Below, one piece after another: positions 8,677 to 16,091 of a stretch of DNA of 64,000 bases. This DNA comes from Minisyncoccia bacterium. Its GTDB lineage: Bacteria > Patescibacteriota > Minisyncoccia > Phycocordibacterales > Phycocordibacteraceae. The notes beneath the pieces were generated by a model. It ran no database searches. It saw only the letters and a program-made list of their open reading frames with translations, and was not told the DNA's origin. The stretch spans positions 1,499 through 65,498 of the forward strand of contig JBGPJZ010000002.1 in assembly GCA_041485695.1 (NCBI GenBank). The letters are read 5' to 3'. Position 1 is the first letter of the stretch. Every line of letters starts with the position of its first letter. Made by a program: the position numbers and the translations under genes.

Positions 8677-10314
8677 GCGGGCGATGGCCGCACGGATGAA
8701 TTCAGTGAAAAGGGGGTGCGGGGAGAGCGGGCGCGCTTGGAGCTCGGGGTGAAATTGGGTGCCGAGCATAAACGGGTGCTTATTTTTAGGCAGCTCGGCT
8801 ATCTCCATGAGTACCGAGTCGGGCGACATACCCGAAAAGACAAGGCCTGCCTCTTCAAGTCGCGGCACGTAGGCCGGGTTTATCTCGTAGCGGTGGCGAT
8901 GGCGCTCTTCAACTAGCTCTTTTTTATACGCACCCCTGGCAATCGTCCCCTTCTTCAAGTAGCAGGGGTAGACCCCAAGACGCATGGTGCCGCCGTACTT
9001 ATTGTCGGCCAAATGTTTCTTTTGCTCCAACATCACATCTACCACCGGCTCCTTGGTATTTTTTGCAATCTCAGTCGTATGTGCATCTTTAAGCTTCAAT
9101 ACGTGCCGCGCGTACTCGATGACCATGAGCTGCATGCCGTAGCAGAGGCCGAAGTACGGGATCTTATTCTTACGCGCAAACTCTATCGCCTTGATCTTGC
9201 CCTCGATGCCCGTCTCGCCGAAGCCGCCCGGCACCAGGACGCCGTCGTACTTGCGCAAGGTCTCAACTGACTTGCCCTTCTCGAAATCTTTTGCATTCAC
9301 CCAAGTAATTCTCGGCCGGCGCTTAAGGGCTGCTGCCGAGAATTTAATCGCCTCGATGACCGAGAGGTACGCGTCTGAAAGGACGAAGTCTCCCGTATCG
9401 AAATACTTGCCGACGATAGCGATATGCACCTCGGGCGCCTTCTCGTTCATCGCCGCCGTTGCGAACCGTCTCCACGCCGAAAGGCTCGCCTTCTTTTTGT
9501 CGGGTAGCTTAAGGGCATCAATGAGCATATTGCCGAGATTGTCCTTTTCGAAATTGAGCGGCACTTCATAAATGCTCTTTACGTCTGGCGCGGAGACGAC
9601 ATGCTCTTTCCGTACGTTGCACCAGATGGCGAGCTTCTCTTTGCGTTTATCGTCCAAGGGCTCCTTTGAACGCGCAAGGATAAAGTCGGGCTGGACCCCG
9701 TAGCTGTTTAGATCGCGGACAGCGGTCTGGGTGGGCTTCGTTTTCATCTCTCCAAGGGAGCCAGGGACAGGTAGGTACGAAACCATCACAAAGAGGACGT
9801 CGTCGGGGTTCTCCATCTTCATGACGCGCGCCGCCTCGATAAAGAGCGCGTTCTGGAAGTCGCCCACGGTCCCACCGATCTCAATGACCGAAATGCGGCT
9901 GCCGTTGTAGTCGGCAGCCGCTTCGATGCGACGTAAAATCTCATCACGCACGTGCGGGATTGCCTCGACGCATTTACCGCCATATTTAAGTGCGCGCTCG
10001 CGTTCGATGACGCTCTGATACACCATGCCCGAGGTCATGTAATCCTCTGCGGTAAGGTCGCGGCCGAGAAAGCGTTCGTAATTGCCCATATCCTGATCGG
10101 TCTCGAGCCCGCTTTTGAGGACGAATACCTCGCCATGCTCGGTCGGGTTCATCGTCCCCGCGTCGACATTCAAGTAGGGGTCAATCTTCACTAAATTCAC
10201 CGGGTAACCCTTCTGCTGGAGCAAGAGACCCATTGATGAAGATGCGATGCCCTTACCGACACCCGACATCACCCCGCCTAAGACGAAAATGTATTTGTGT
10301 CCGGTACGAGCCAT
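8662..10314 (-). CDS. pyrG: CTP synthase
   Basis: 550 aa; N-terminal synthetase domain (YIFVLGGVMSGVGKGI…) and C-terminal glutamine amidotransferase domain (GLCYGMQ…, HPE). Confidence 0.95.
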   Translation of the reverse strand: MARTGHKYIFVLGGVMSGVGKGIASSSMGLLLQQKGYPVNLVKIDPYLNVDAGTMNPTEHGEVFVLKSGLETDQDMGNYERFLGRDLTAEDYMTSGMVYQSVIERERALKYGGKCVEAIPHVRDEILRRIEAAADYNGSRISVIEIGGTVGDFQNALFIEAARVMKMENPDDVLFVMVSYLPVPGSLGEMKTKPTQTAVRDLNSYGVQPDFILARSKEPLDDKRKEKLAIWCNVRKEHVVSAPDVKSIYEVPLNFEKDNLGNMLIDALKLPDKKKASLSAWRRFATAAMNEKAPEVHIAIVGKYFDTGDFVLSDAYLSVIEAIKFSAAALKRRPRITWVNAKDFEKGKSVETLRKYDGVLVPGGFGETGIEGKIKAIEFARKNKIPYFGLCYGMQLMVIEYARHVLKLKDAHTTEIAKNTKEPVVDVMLEQKKHLADNKYGGTMRLGVYPCYLKKGTIARGAYKKELVEERHRHRYEINPAYVPRLEEAGLVFSGMSPDSVLMEIAELPKNKHPFMLGTQFHPELQARPLSPHPLFTEFIRAAIARKKKR

Positions 10315-10316
10315 AG

Positions 10317-11243
10317 CTAGACTTTAAGATACCTCCGTATGGCGAGGATGCTCGCCAGCCCGCCCAAACAAACACCCGAGACAAGCAGGATGATAAGGAT
10401 AATGAAGAAATGGCTCGTGTAATACGAAAAGATGTTGAACCCGTTAAGCAATCCTGCAGTTTTTGTTCCGATGTACCACGCTATCGGGAAAAGTGCGATG
10501 AGCACAGCCAACGTTGCGAGAATGCCCGTAATGACCCCGGCAACGATGAAAGGCCCGCGGATATAAGCATTTGAAGCGCCGACGAGCCGCATGACGCCTA
10601 TCTCGTCCTTAGCAGTGTAGATTGCCAACTGGACGGTCGCTAAAGCAATCATCACCGATGCAAGCGCAAACAAGATGACGATAATGAGTCCTCCGCTCCG
10701 CGTTACTGCGATCGCCTTGCTTAAATTGTCGATAGTTATCTTATTTTGCTTGTAATTGATACGATCGATGATAGAGGCCCCGCCAGCTGAAAGCGCCGGC
10801 GTCGTCTCAAGTGTCGAAGAGATGCTCTCATATTGCGATGGATCTTTCGCCTTTATCCCTAGATACGCCCCGAAGGGATTGTCACCGAGCTGTTCGAGCC
10901 CTTGCAGTATCGTTTGGTCGGTGGCGTGAAAGGCGCGGAAATCGGCAAGCACCTGTTCACGCGTGGTGTAGGTGACGCTCTTCACTTGAGGTAAGAGCTC
11001 GATCTTGCTCTTCAAGGCCAAGATATCATGTTCGCTCGCGGTCGTGACAAAAGACACTGAAATGTCTACCTGGTCACGAACGAAATCGAGGGTAAAGCTA
11101 AGGAGAGCCGAGAGAAAAATAAGGGAACTGATGATGCCGAGCGTCACCGTCATGATGACGACGGTCGCGACTGAGACGGCGCCTCCGCGGGCGAAATTCT
11201 TCCACCCTGCTCCTATCATCCGCCGCATGCTCATCGTGTTCAT
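10317..11243 (-). CDS. ftsX: Cell-division ABC permease-like protein FtsX
   Basis: N-terminal TM helix, periplasmic domain, then three C-terminal TM helices; immediately downstream of ftsE. Start chosen at an internal Met after the ftsE stop. Confidence 0.75.
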   Translation of the reverse strand: MNTMSMRRMIGAGWKNFARGGAVSVATVVIMTVTLGIISSLIFLSALLSFTLDFVRDQVDISVSFVTTASEHDILALKSKIELLPQVKSVTYTTREQVLADFRAFHATDQTILQGLEQLGDNPFGAYLGIKAKDPSQYESISSTLETTPALSAGGASIIDRINYKQNKITIDNLSKAIAVTRSGGLIIVILFALASVMIALATVQLAIYTAKDEIGVMRLVGASNAYIRGPFIVAGVITGILATLAVLIALFPIAWYIGTKTAGLLNGFNIFSYYTSHFFIILIILLVSGVCLGGLASILAIRRYLKV

Positions 11244-11262
11244 ACCTATAGTATAGCGTCCC

Positions 11263-11940
11263 TCATAAGACGTACTTGCCCGAGATATCATCGCGCACAA
11301 CCTTGCCCCTATCCATGGTGACGACCCGCCGCCCTATAGCTTCTACGACGCCTTTATTGTGGGTCGTGATGATGACCGTGGTGCCGAGCTCGTTGATCTT
11401 CTTCAATATCTCGACCACCTCGAAGGTATTGATGGGGTCGAGATTGCCCGTCGGCTCGTCAGCGACCACCACCTCGGGCTGGTTGATGATGGCGCGTCCT
11501 ATCGCGATCCGCTGCTGTTCGCCCCCCGAAAGCTGATTGGGGAAATTGTGCGCCTTGTCAGCCAGGTTCACGAGCTCGAGGATGTAGGGCACGTCGGAGG
11601 CGATCTCCGCATCGGTGCGGCCAGCCGCCTCCATAGCAAAGGCGATGTTCTCATACGCCGTCTTATTAGGGATGAGCTTAAAATCCTGGAAGACGGTGCC
11701 TATCTTGCGGCGGTAGTGGTGCAGCGAAGAGAGCGGGAGATCGTTCACATTAATCGACTCGAAGAAAACCGACCCGCCGGTCGGTTTCTCTTCAGCGAGG
11801 AGGAGCCGGAGGAGGGTCGTCTTACCGGCGCCCGAGTGGCCGACGATTGAGACGAACTCCTTGGGAGCCACCGAAAGCGTCACCTCTTCGACTGCTTTCG
11901 TCTCTCCGTAGTGCTTGCTGACCTTGTCGAAATAAATCAT
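11263..11940 (-). CDS. ftsE: Cell-division ATP-binding protein FtsE
   Basis: 225 aa; Walker A GHSGAGKTT, signature LSGGEQQRIAIGRA, Walker B VVADEPTGNLD. Confidence 0.9.
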   Translation of the reverse strand: MIYFDKVSKHYGETKAVEEVTLSVAPKEFVSIVGHSGAGKTTLLRLLLAEEKPTGGSVFFESINVNDLPLSSLHHYRRKIGTVFQDFKLIPNKTAYENIAFAMEAAGRTDAEIASDVPYILELVNLADKAHNFPNQLSGGEQQRIAIGRAIINQPEVVVADEPTGNLDPINTFEVVEILKKINELGTTVIITTHNKGVVEAIGRRVVTMDRGKVVRDDISGKYVL

Positions 11941-11976
11941 GTAACCTGCCTATTCTAACCCACGCGCTTGCATCTC

Positions 11977-12897
11977 TCAACTTTTCCCATCTAGGGGGCG
12001 GGTTCCACGCGCGAGCACAGCTTCCTGCACAAGCTGCGGCCAATCAATCGTCTGTGTGCTTTTAATCTCTTCGACCTGCGTTACGCGTCCATCGCTTAAG
12101 TGCACGATGCGATCCGCCATGCGGGCATAAGAAGGCTCATGCGTGACGAGTATGATGGTCTTGCCGTAGCGCGCATTAACCTCGCGCAGGAGCAGCATCA
12201 CCTGCTCAGCGTTTTGAGTATCAAGATGCGCCGTCGGCTCGTCGGCAAACAGGAGCGGGACCTCTTTAGCGATTGCTCGCCCGATGGCAAGGCGCTGCTG
12301 CTGTCCGCCTGAAAGTTGCGAGGGATAATTATGCGCGCGATCTTTGAGCCCCAAGAAGTCAAGTACTTCAAGCGCCTTCTTCTTCGCCTTGAAGGGTCCG
12401 ACGCCGTTCAGCTTCAGTTGAAACGTGATATTTTCAAGCGCGGTGTAATTCTCAAGCAAGTTGAAAAACTGAAATATGTAACTCAAGGTTTGCAAGCGAT
12501 ATTTTGTCTTTTGCCGCTCGGTCATCTGCGACACTTCGATCCCATTAAGGTATATCTCGCCCCGCGAAGGCGAGTCGATGAAACCGAGGATATTCAAGAG
12601 CGTTGATTTACCCGAACCGGATTGCCCGGTAATCGCCAGGAATTCGCCCTCATAGATATTAAGTTCAGCGATGCCGTTAAGCGCCGCGATGACAAGGTCA
12701 TCGGAGATGCTGTACTCCTTGTACAGCCCTCGTATCGCCATAATGATATTTCTTTCCTGAAATTGAGAGAATGCCTGCTCGAGAATCCCTGCTTCCCAGC
12801 CGGCTGATAGGAGGTTGCGCGCAATATCCTGATCTTGGATATTAAGGGCGCGGCTCTCGCGAATGTAATTGCTGATGAGGGTGCGTTCGTTCTCCAT
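11977..12897 (-). CDS. ABC transporter ATP-binding protein (MacB/LolD-like)
   Basis: Walker A GQSGSGKST, signature LSGGQQQRLAIGRA, Walker B LFADEPTAHLD; about 50-aa N-terminal extension. Confidence 0.85.
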   Translation of the reverse strand: MENERTLISNYIRESRALNIQDQDIARNLLSAGWEAGILEQAFSQFQERNIIMAIRGLYKEYSISDDLVIAALNGIAELNIYEGEFLAITGQSGSGKSTLLNILGFIDSPSRGEIYLNGIEVSQMTERQKTKYRLQTLSYIFQFFNLLENYTALENITFQLKLNGVGPFKAKKKALEVLDFLGLKDRAHNYPSQLSGGQQQRLAIGRAIAKEVPLLFADEPTAHLDTQNAEQVMLLLREVNARYGKTIILVTHEPSYARMADRIVHLSDGRVTQVEEIKSTQTIDWPQLVQEAVLARGTRPLDGKS

Positions 12898-12901
12898 AGC
12901 G

Positions 12902-14086
12902 TTATTCGTGGAGGACGTTGATGATTTCGGTACGCGCGGCCATGTAGGCGGGCACGAAGCTGCCCATGCAGCTTGCGATAAGGAGCGTCAGCGATGTCTG
13001 CTCGATATTGGTGATGTCGAATACCAGCATAAAGTCGCCGATAAGCGTAGAAATCGGGTGCGCTATCGAAGAGAGGTAAATCGCGTAGAAGAGCGCGAAG
13101 CCGATACCATAGGCGAGTATCGAGTACACCAAGGTCTCAAACATATACACCGCGATGATGAAGAGCCTGCTTGCGCCCATTGACTTCATAATGCCTATTT
13201 GCCGGCGCTTTTGGAGAACGCTGATAAAGATGATGACGCAGATGATGACGAAAACGGCGACAATCAAGAGACGATTTATCGTATAGGTAATGAAGTGGAC
13301 GACGCTCACAATGTCAGTGACGTAACCGGCGTTGTCCTTCCACGTCAATACGCGAGCATCGGGAAACGCATCCTGAATTTCAGCCTTTGTTTTTTCAAGG
13401 AGGCTCGTGTCCTTGAGTGTGATGGAAATCTCGGCATCTTTGAGGAAGGGCGCGGCGATATCGAGCTGCTTTTTGTCTAGGTAAAGAATCCAGTTGGGCA
13501 CGAAGTTCTTCGCGTCGAAAATCCCCGCGACTCGATAGGATTCAGGATATGGTGCGCCTAGAAAGCTTGCGTCGATGGTTTCTCCTACCGTAATGCGCTT
13601 CGTATCGTACGACTGGCCGACAAGAGAATCGGCCAATTCGGTGCCGAGAATGATGTCATGCGGCTTGTCATCGCTTAGGTACGTGCCGCTTACGAGTTCT
13701 GATGAAAGGTGCGTGGTCTCGTCCTCTTTTTTCGGGTCTATACCGCGAATGGTAAGCGGATTAATGTATTTATTCTTGTAATGGATGCTCCCAAGAGCGT
13801 AGGTACGAATGCTCCACGAGGAAACGTTCGGCATCACGTCTAACTTGTCAGTGATTGCGGCGATGTTAGTGAGCGCCGTAGAGGTCCCTGCCGGCCCGAT
13901 GATGATGTCCCCGCTGTCATTAATCGCGCCTTGATCAAGGATGCTTTCAAACCCGTTCAGTATGCTCGCAGAGGCAAGCACGGCGGCAAACGAGATACCG
14001 AGGCTAATGACGACGAGGGCTAGCACCACGCGACTCCTTGAGGCATCGCGCACCGCATACGACATAATGAGCCATAATTTACCCAC
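12902..14086 (-). CDS. ABC transporter permease (FtsX-fold, MacB-like)
   Basis: 394 aa; N-terminal TM helix, large extracytoplasmic domain, three C-terminal TM helices; paired with the downstream ATPase. Confidence 0.75.
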   Translation of the reverse strand: MGKLWLIMSYAVRDASRSRVVLALVVISLGISFAAVLASASILNGFESILDQGAINDSGDIIIGPAGTSTALTNIAAITDKLDVMPNVSSWSIRTYALGSIHYKNKYINPLTIRGIDPKKEDETTHLSSELVSGTYLSDDKPHDIILGTELADSLVGQSYDTKRITVGETIDASFLGAPYPESYRVAGIFDAKNFVPNWILYLDKKQLDIAAPFLKDAEISITLKDTSLLEKTKAEIQDAFPDARVLTWKDNAGYVTDIVSVVHFITYTINRLLIVAVFVIICVIIFISVLQKRRQIGIMKSMGASRLFIIAVYMFETLVYSILAYGIGFALFYAIYLSSIAHPISTLIGDFMLVFDITNIEQTSLTLLIASCMGSFVPAYMAARTEIINVLHE

Positions 14087-14104
14087 TCTGCGAAGTATAG
14101 CAGG

Positions 14105-15004
14105 CTACGTGCCTAGAGAGCCGGAAGTTATCGTGGTGGCGTCTATAAAATCGTCGAGGTCGCCTGCAAGCACCTTGTCAGGATTTGAGGACTCATGATT
14201 CGTTCGGTGATCTTTGACCATTTTGTATGGGTGAAGGACGTAGGAGCGAATCTGGCTCCCCCACTCGTTCGCCGTGGTTTTCGCAATCGAGCGGCCCTCT
14301 TTCAACGTTTTCGCGTCGGCCTCTTGTTTGGCGAACAGCTTCGCTTTGATGAGTTCGAGTGCTTTTTCTTTATTGGCTGCCTGGCTTCTCTCGCTTGAAA
14401 CGTGTACTGAAATGTTAGTGGGGATGTGGAGTATGCGTACTGCCGTCTCGCGTTTGTTTACATTTTGCCCTCCTGCCCCGCCTGATTTTGCAAATTGTAT
14501 CTCAAGCTCGTCCTGCTTCAGCTCAATCTTGTCGGTCGGTGCGAGCCTGGGGAGCACTTCGACAAGCGCGAAGGAGGTCTGGCGCTTGGCCTGCGCATTA
14601 AAAGGCGACTGGCGCACGAGGCGGTGCACCCCCGCCTCGTGCTTTAAACGACCATAAGGGCCGTTTACCCCGAGTGAAGTCGAGGGGCCAACAATCTCGA
14701 TAAGCACGCTTCGATACCCGCCCTGGGGGTTCTCATTTTCATCCAAGATTTTCGCTGTCCAACCTTTCTTCGCGGCGTAGCCCAGGTACATCGCGAGGAG
14801 CATCGCGGCAAAATCTTCAGCATCGTCACCACCTGCGCCAGCGAGGATGGCGAGCGTTGCATCGCCGCCATCATGGCCCTCGCCGCCTTCTTTAAGCTGC
14901 TGGTACTCACGCACGAGAGCCTGCGCCTTATCTTTATCCGCCCAAAAATCAGGTGATGCCATCATCGCCTCTAACTCTTGAAGTCGTTTCTCGTTTCCTT
15001 TCAT
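14105..15004 (-). CDS. prfB: Peptide chain release factor 2, short form lacking the usual N-terminal extension and frameshift site
   Basis: 299 aa; SPF tripeptide (VRQSPFNAQ) identifies RF2; GGQ motif SGGAGGQNVN. The start codon lies 1 nt from tRNA-Thr, leaving no room for the programmed +1 frameshift leader. Confidence 0.85.
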   Translation of the reverse strand: MKGNEKRLQELEAMMASPDFWADKDKAQALVREYQQLKEGGEGHDGGDATLAILAGAGGDDAEDFAAMLLAMYLGYAAKKGWTAKILDENENPQGGYRSVLIEIVGPSTSLGVNGPYGRLKHEAGVHRLVRQSPFNAQAKRQTSFALVEVLPRLAPTDKIELKQDELEIQFAKSGGAGGQNVNKRETAVRILHIPTNISVHVSSERSQAANKEKALELIKAKLFAKQEADAKTLKEGRSIAKTTANEWGSQIRSYVLHPYKMVKDHRTNHESSNPDKVLAGDLDDFIDATTITSGSLGT

Positions 15005-15005
15005 G

Positions 15006-15078
15006 AGCCGGGGGTCGGGATTGAACCGACGACCTAGGGTTTACGATACCCTCGCTCTACCAACTGAGCTACCCCGGC
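15006..15078 (-). tRNA. tRNA-Thr (anticodon CGT)
   Basis: Reverse complement GCCGGGGTAGCTCAGTTGGTAGAGCGAGGGTATCGTAAACCCTAGGTCGTCGGTTCAATCCCGACCCCCGGCT; canonical cloverleaf with anticodon loop ATCGTAA. Confidence 0.8.
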
Positions 15079-15086
15079 AAGCGAGT

Positions 15087-15110
15087 GAACATAGCAAAAT
15101 TAACATATTT
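15087..15110. repeat. 24-nt exact repeat GAACATAGCAAAATTAACATATTT, copy 1 (between the two tRNA-Thr genes)
   Basis: Identical 24-mer recurs at 16042-16065; both copies lie just upstream (minus-strand sense) of tRNA or tRNA-like genes. Confidence 0.7.
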
Positions 15111-15123
15111 GGTCGAAAACTGG

Positions 15124-15196
15124 AGCCGACGTCCGGGATTGAACCGGAGACCTCGTCCTTACCAAGGACGTGCTCTACCAACTGAGCTACGTCGGC
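15124..15196 (-). tRNA. tRNA-Thr (anticodon GGT), 3' CCA encoded
   Basis: Reverse complement GCCGACGTAGCTCAGTTGGTAGAGCACGTCCTTGGTAAGGACGAGGTCTCCGGTTCAATCCCGGACGTCGGCT followed by CCA. Confidence 0.8.
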
Positions 15197-15296
15197 GAAG
15201 CGAGGAAATGTGACTGCACATCCTCGTGTAGGCAAATTCTCCGAGCGAGCCTGCGTATGCCTACATACGTCGGCGTACGTCTATTTCTAACCTAAT

Positions 15297-15551
15297 TCAG
15301 CTATATTTCAAAATCCCGAAGACAATGGCGAAGTCGAGCGTAGCTAAGAGAAAGTTGGCGATAATGATGGGCTTGTCCTTATGTGCGATGCCATACACGA
15401 CCCACAAACTGTTAATCGCTCCGAGCATGAACCACGTTGAGATTGCGAGCCCAGCCGTGTCGTGCTTAAGGAACACTTGCGATGCTTGCGGCAAAAGCGC
15501 AAGGGGGGAGATGAGCGCAACCGCATAGATGACCTTATCTAAGAGGCGCAT
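15297..15551 (-). CDS. SemiSWEET/PQ-loop family small sugar transporter (putative)
   Basis: About 84 aa, three TM helices, with a PQ motif (ISPLALLPQASQVF) in helix 1. Start chosen at the internal Met MRLLDKVIY; the 113-aa track ORF has a non-hydrophobic leader. Confidence 0.5.
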   Translation of the reverse strand: MRLLDKVIYAVALISPLALLPQASQVFLKHDTAGLAISTWFMLGAINSLWVVYGIAHKDKPIIIANFLLATLDFAIVFGILKYS

Positions 15552-15792
15552 CCATGGGGTCCGCGCCGGGAAAGGCTCACATTTGGGAGCCGACTGCCGC
15601 TTTCGCAGCGATAAGTGATGCAATCCTCCTCCGTTCATTCTCTCCTAGTATACCCGATGCGCGAGGTGGGCAGGACATTTTTCGCAGTTTTTGCTAGGAT
15701 GCCCATAAGCGCTTGCGGTAGTAAGCCTGCGGACAGGCTTTCTCCCAGCGTTCATTCGCAATATAGAGCTTTGCTTCATATTGCTCATTCAC

Positions 15793-15866
15793 GCGGGAGT
15801 AGCTCAATTGGTTAGAGCGCCGCCCTGTCACGGCGGAGGTTGCGGGTTCAAGTCCCGTCTCTCGCG
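15793..15866 (+). tRNA. tRNA-Asp (anticodon GTC)
   Basis: GCGGGAGTAGCTCAATTGGTTAGAGCGCCGCCCTGTCACGGCGGAGGTTGCGGGTTCAAGTCCCGTCTCTCGCG; cloverleaf with anticodon loop CTGTCAC. Confidence 0.8.
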
Positions 15867-15882
15867 CACTATATTATTTTGG

Positions 15883-15954
15883 TGCCGGCGGGTGGAGTCG
15901 CGCCACCGTCTAGGGTTTATGAGTCCCTCGTTCTGACTCTTGAACTACACCGGC
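15883..15954 (-). tRNA. Atypical tRNA-like gene, anticodon CAT (Met/Ile2), CCA encoded
   Basis: Reverse complement GCCGGTGTAGTTCAAGAGTCAGAACGAGGGACTCATAAACCCTAGACGGTGGCGCGACTCCACCCGCCGGCA. It has a 7-bp acceptor stem, a 4-bp D stem and an anticodon loop CTCATAA. The D-loop lacks G18G19 and the T-loop reads CGCGACT instead of TTCRANY, so it may be a degenerate or pseudo-tRNA. Confidence 0.4.
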
Positions 15955-15965
15955 AAGTGAGAGAA

Positions 15966-15994
15966 CAGGTAAAAACTATCATAGTTTTTACCTG
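15966..15994. other. Perfect AT-rich hairpin (CAGGTAAAAACTAT-c-ATAGTTTTTACCTG)
   Basis: 14-nt arms, perfectly complementary, 12 nt upstream (minus sense) of the tRNA-like 5' end; no U-tract on either side. Confidence 0.6.
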
Positions 15995-16041
15995 TGAACG
16001 AACGCAGTCGGTGCAAGCCTACTTACACCGGCCTGGTGGGC

Positions 16042-16065
16042 GAACATAGCAAAATTAACATATTT
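16042..16065. repeat. 24-nt exact repeat GAACATAGCAAAATTAACATATTT, copy 2
   Basis: Identical to 15087-15110. It lies in the divergent region between the tRNA-like gene and the plus-strand lipase gene. Confidence 0.7.
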
Positions 16066-16091
16066 TGCCGTTTTTGCGTTGCCAAACGTAA

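Noticed and set aside
15615-15815. Possible structured RNA (RNase P / tmRNA-like) in the ~240-nt gap between the SemiSWEET gene and tRNA-Asp
   Set aside because: I could not identify conserved P4 or tmRNA tag-reading-frame signatures by eye; left uncalled. An Infernal scan would settle it.
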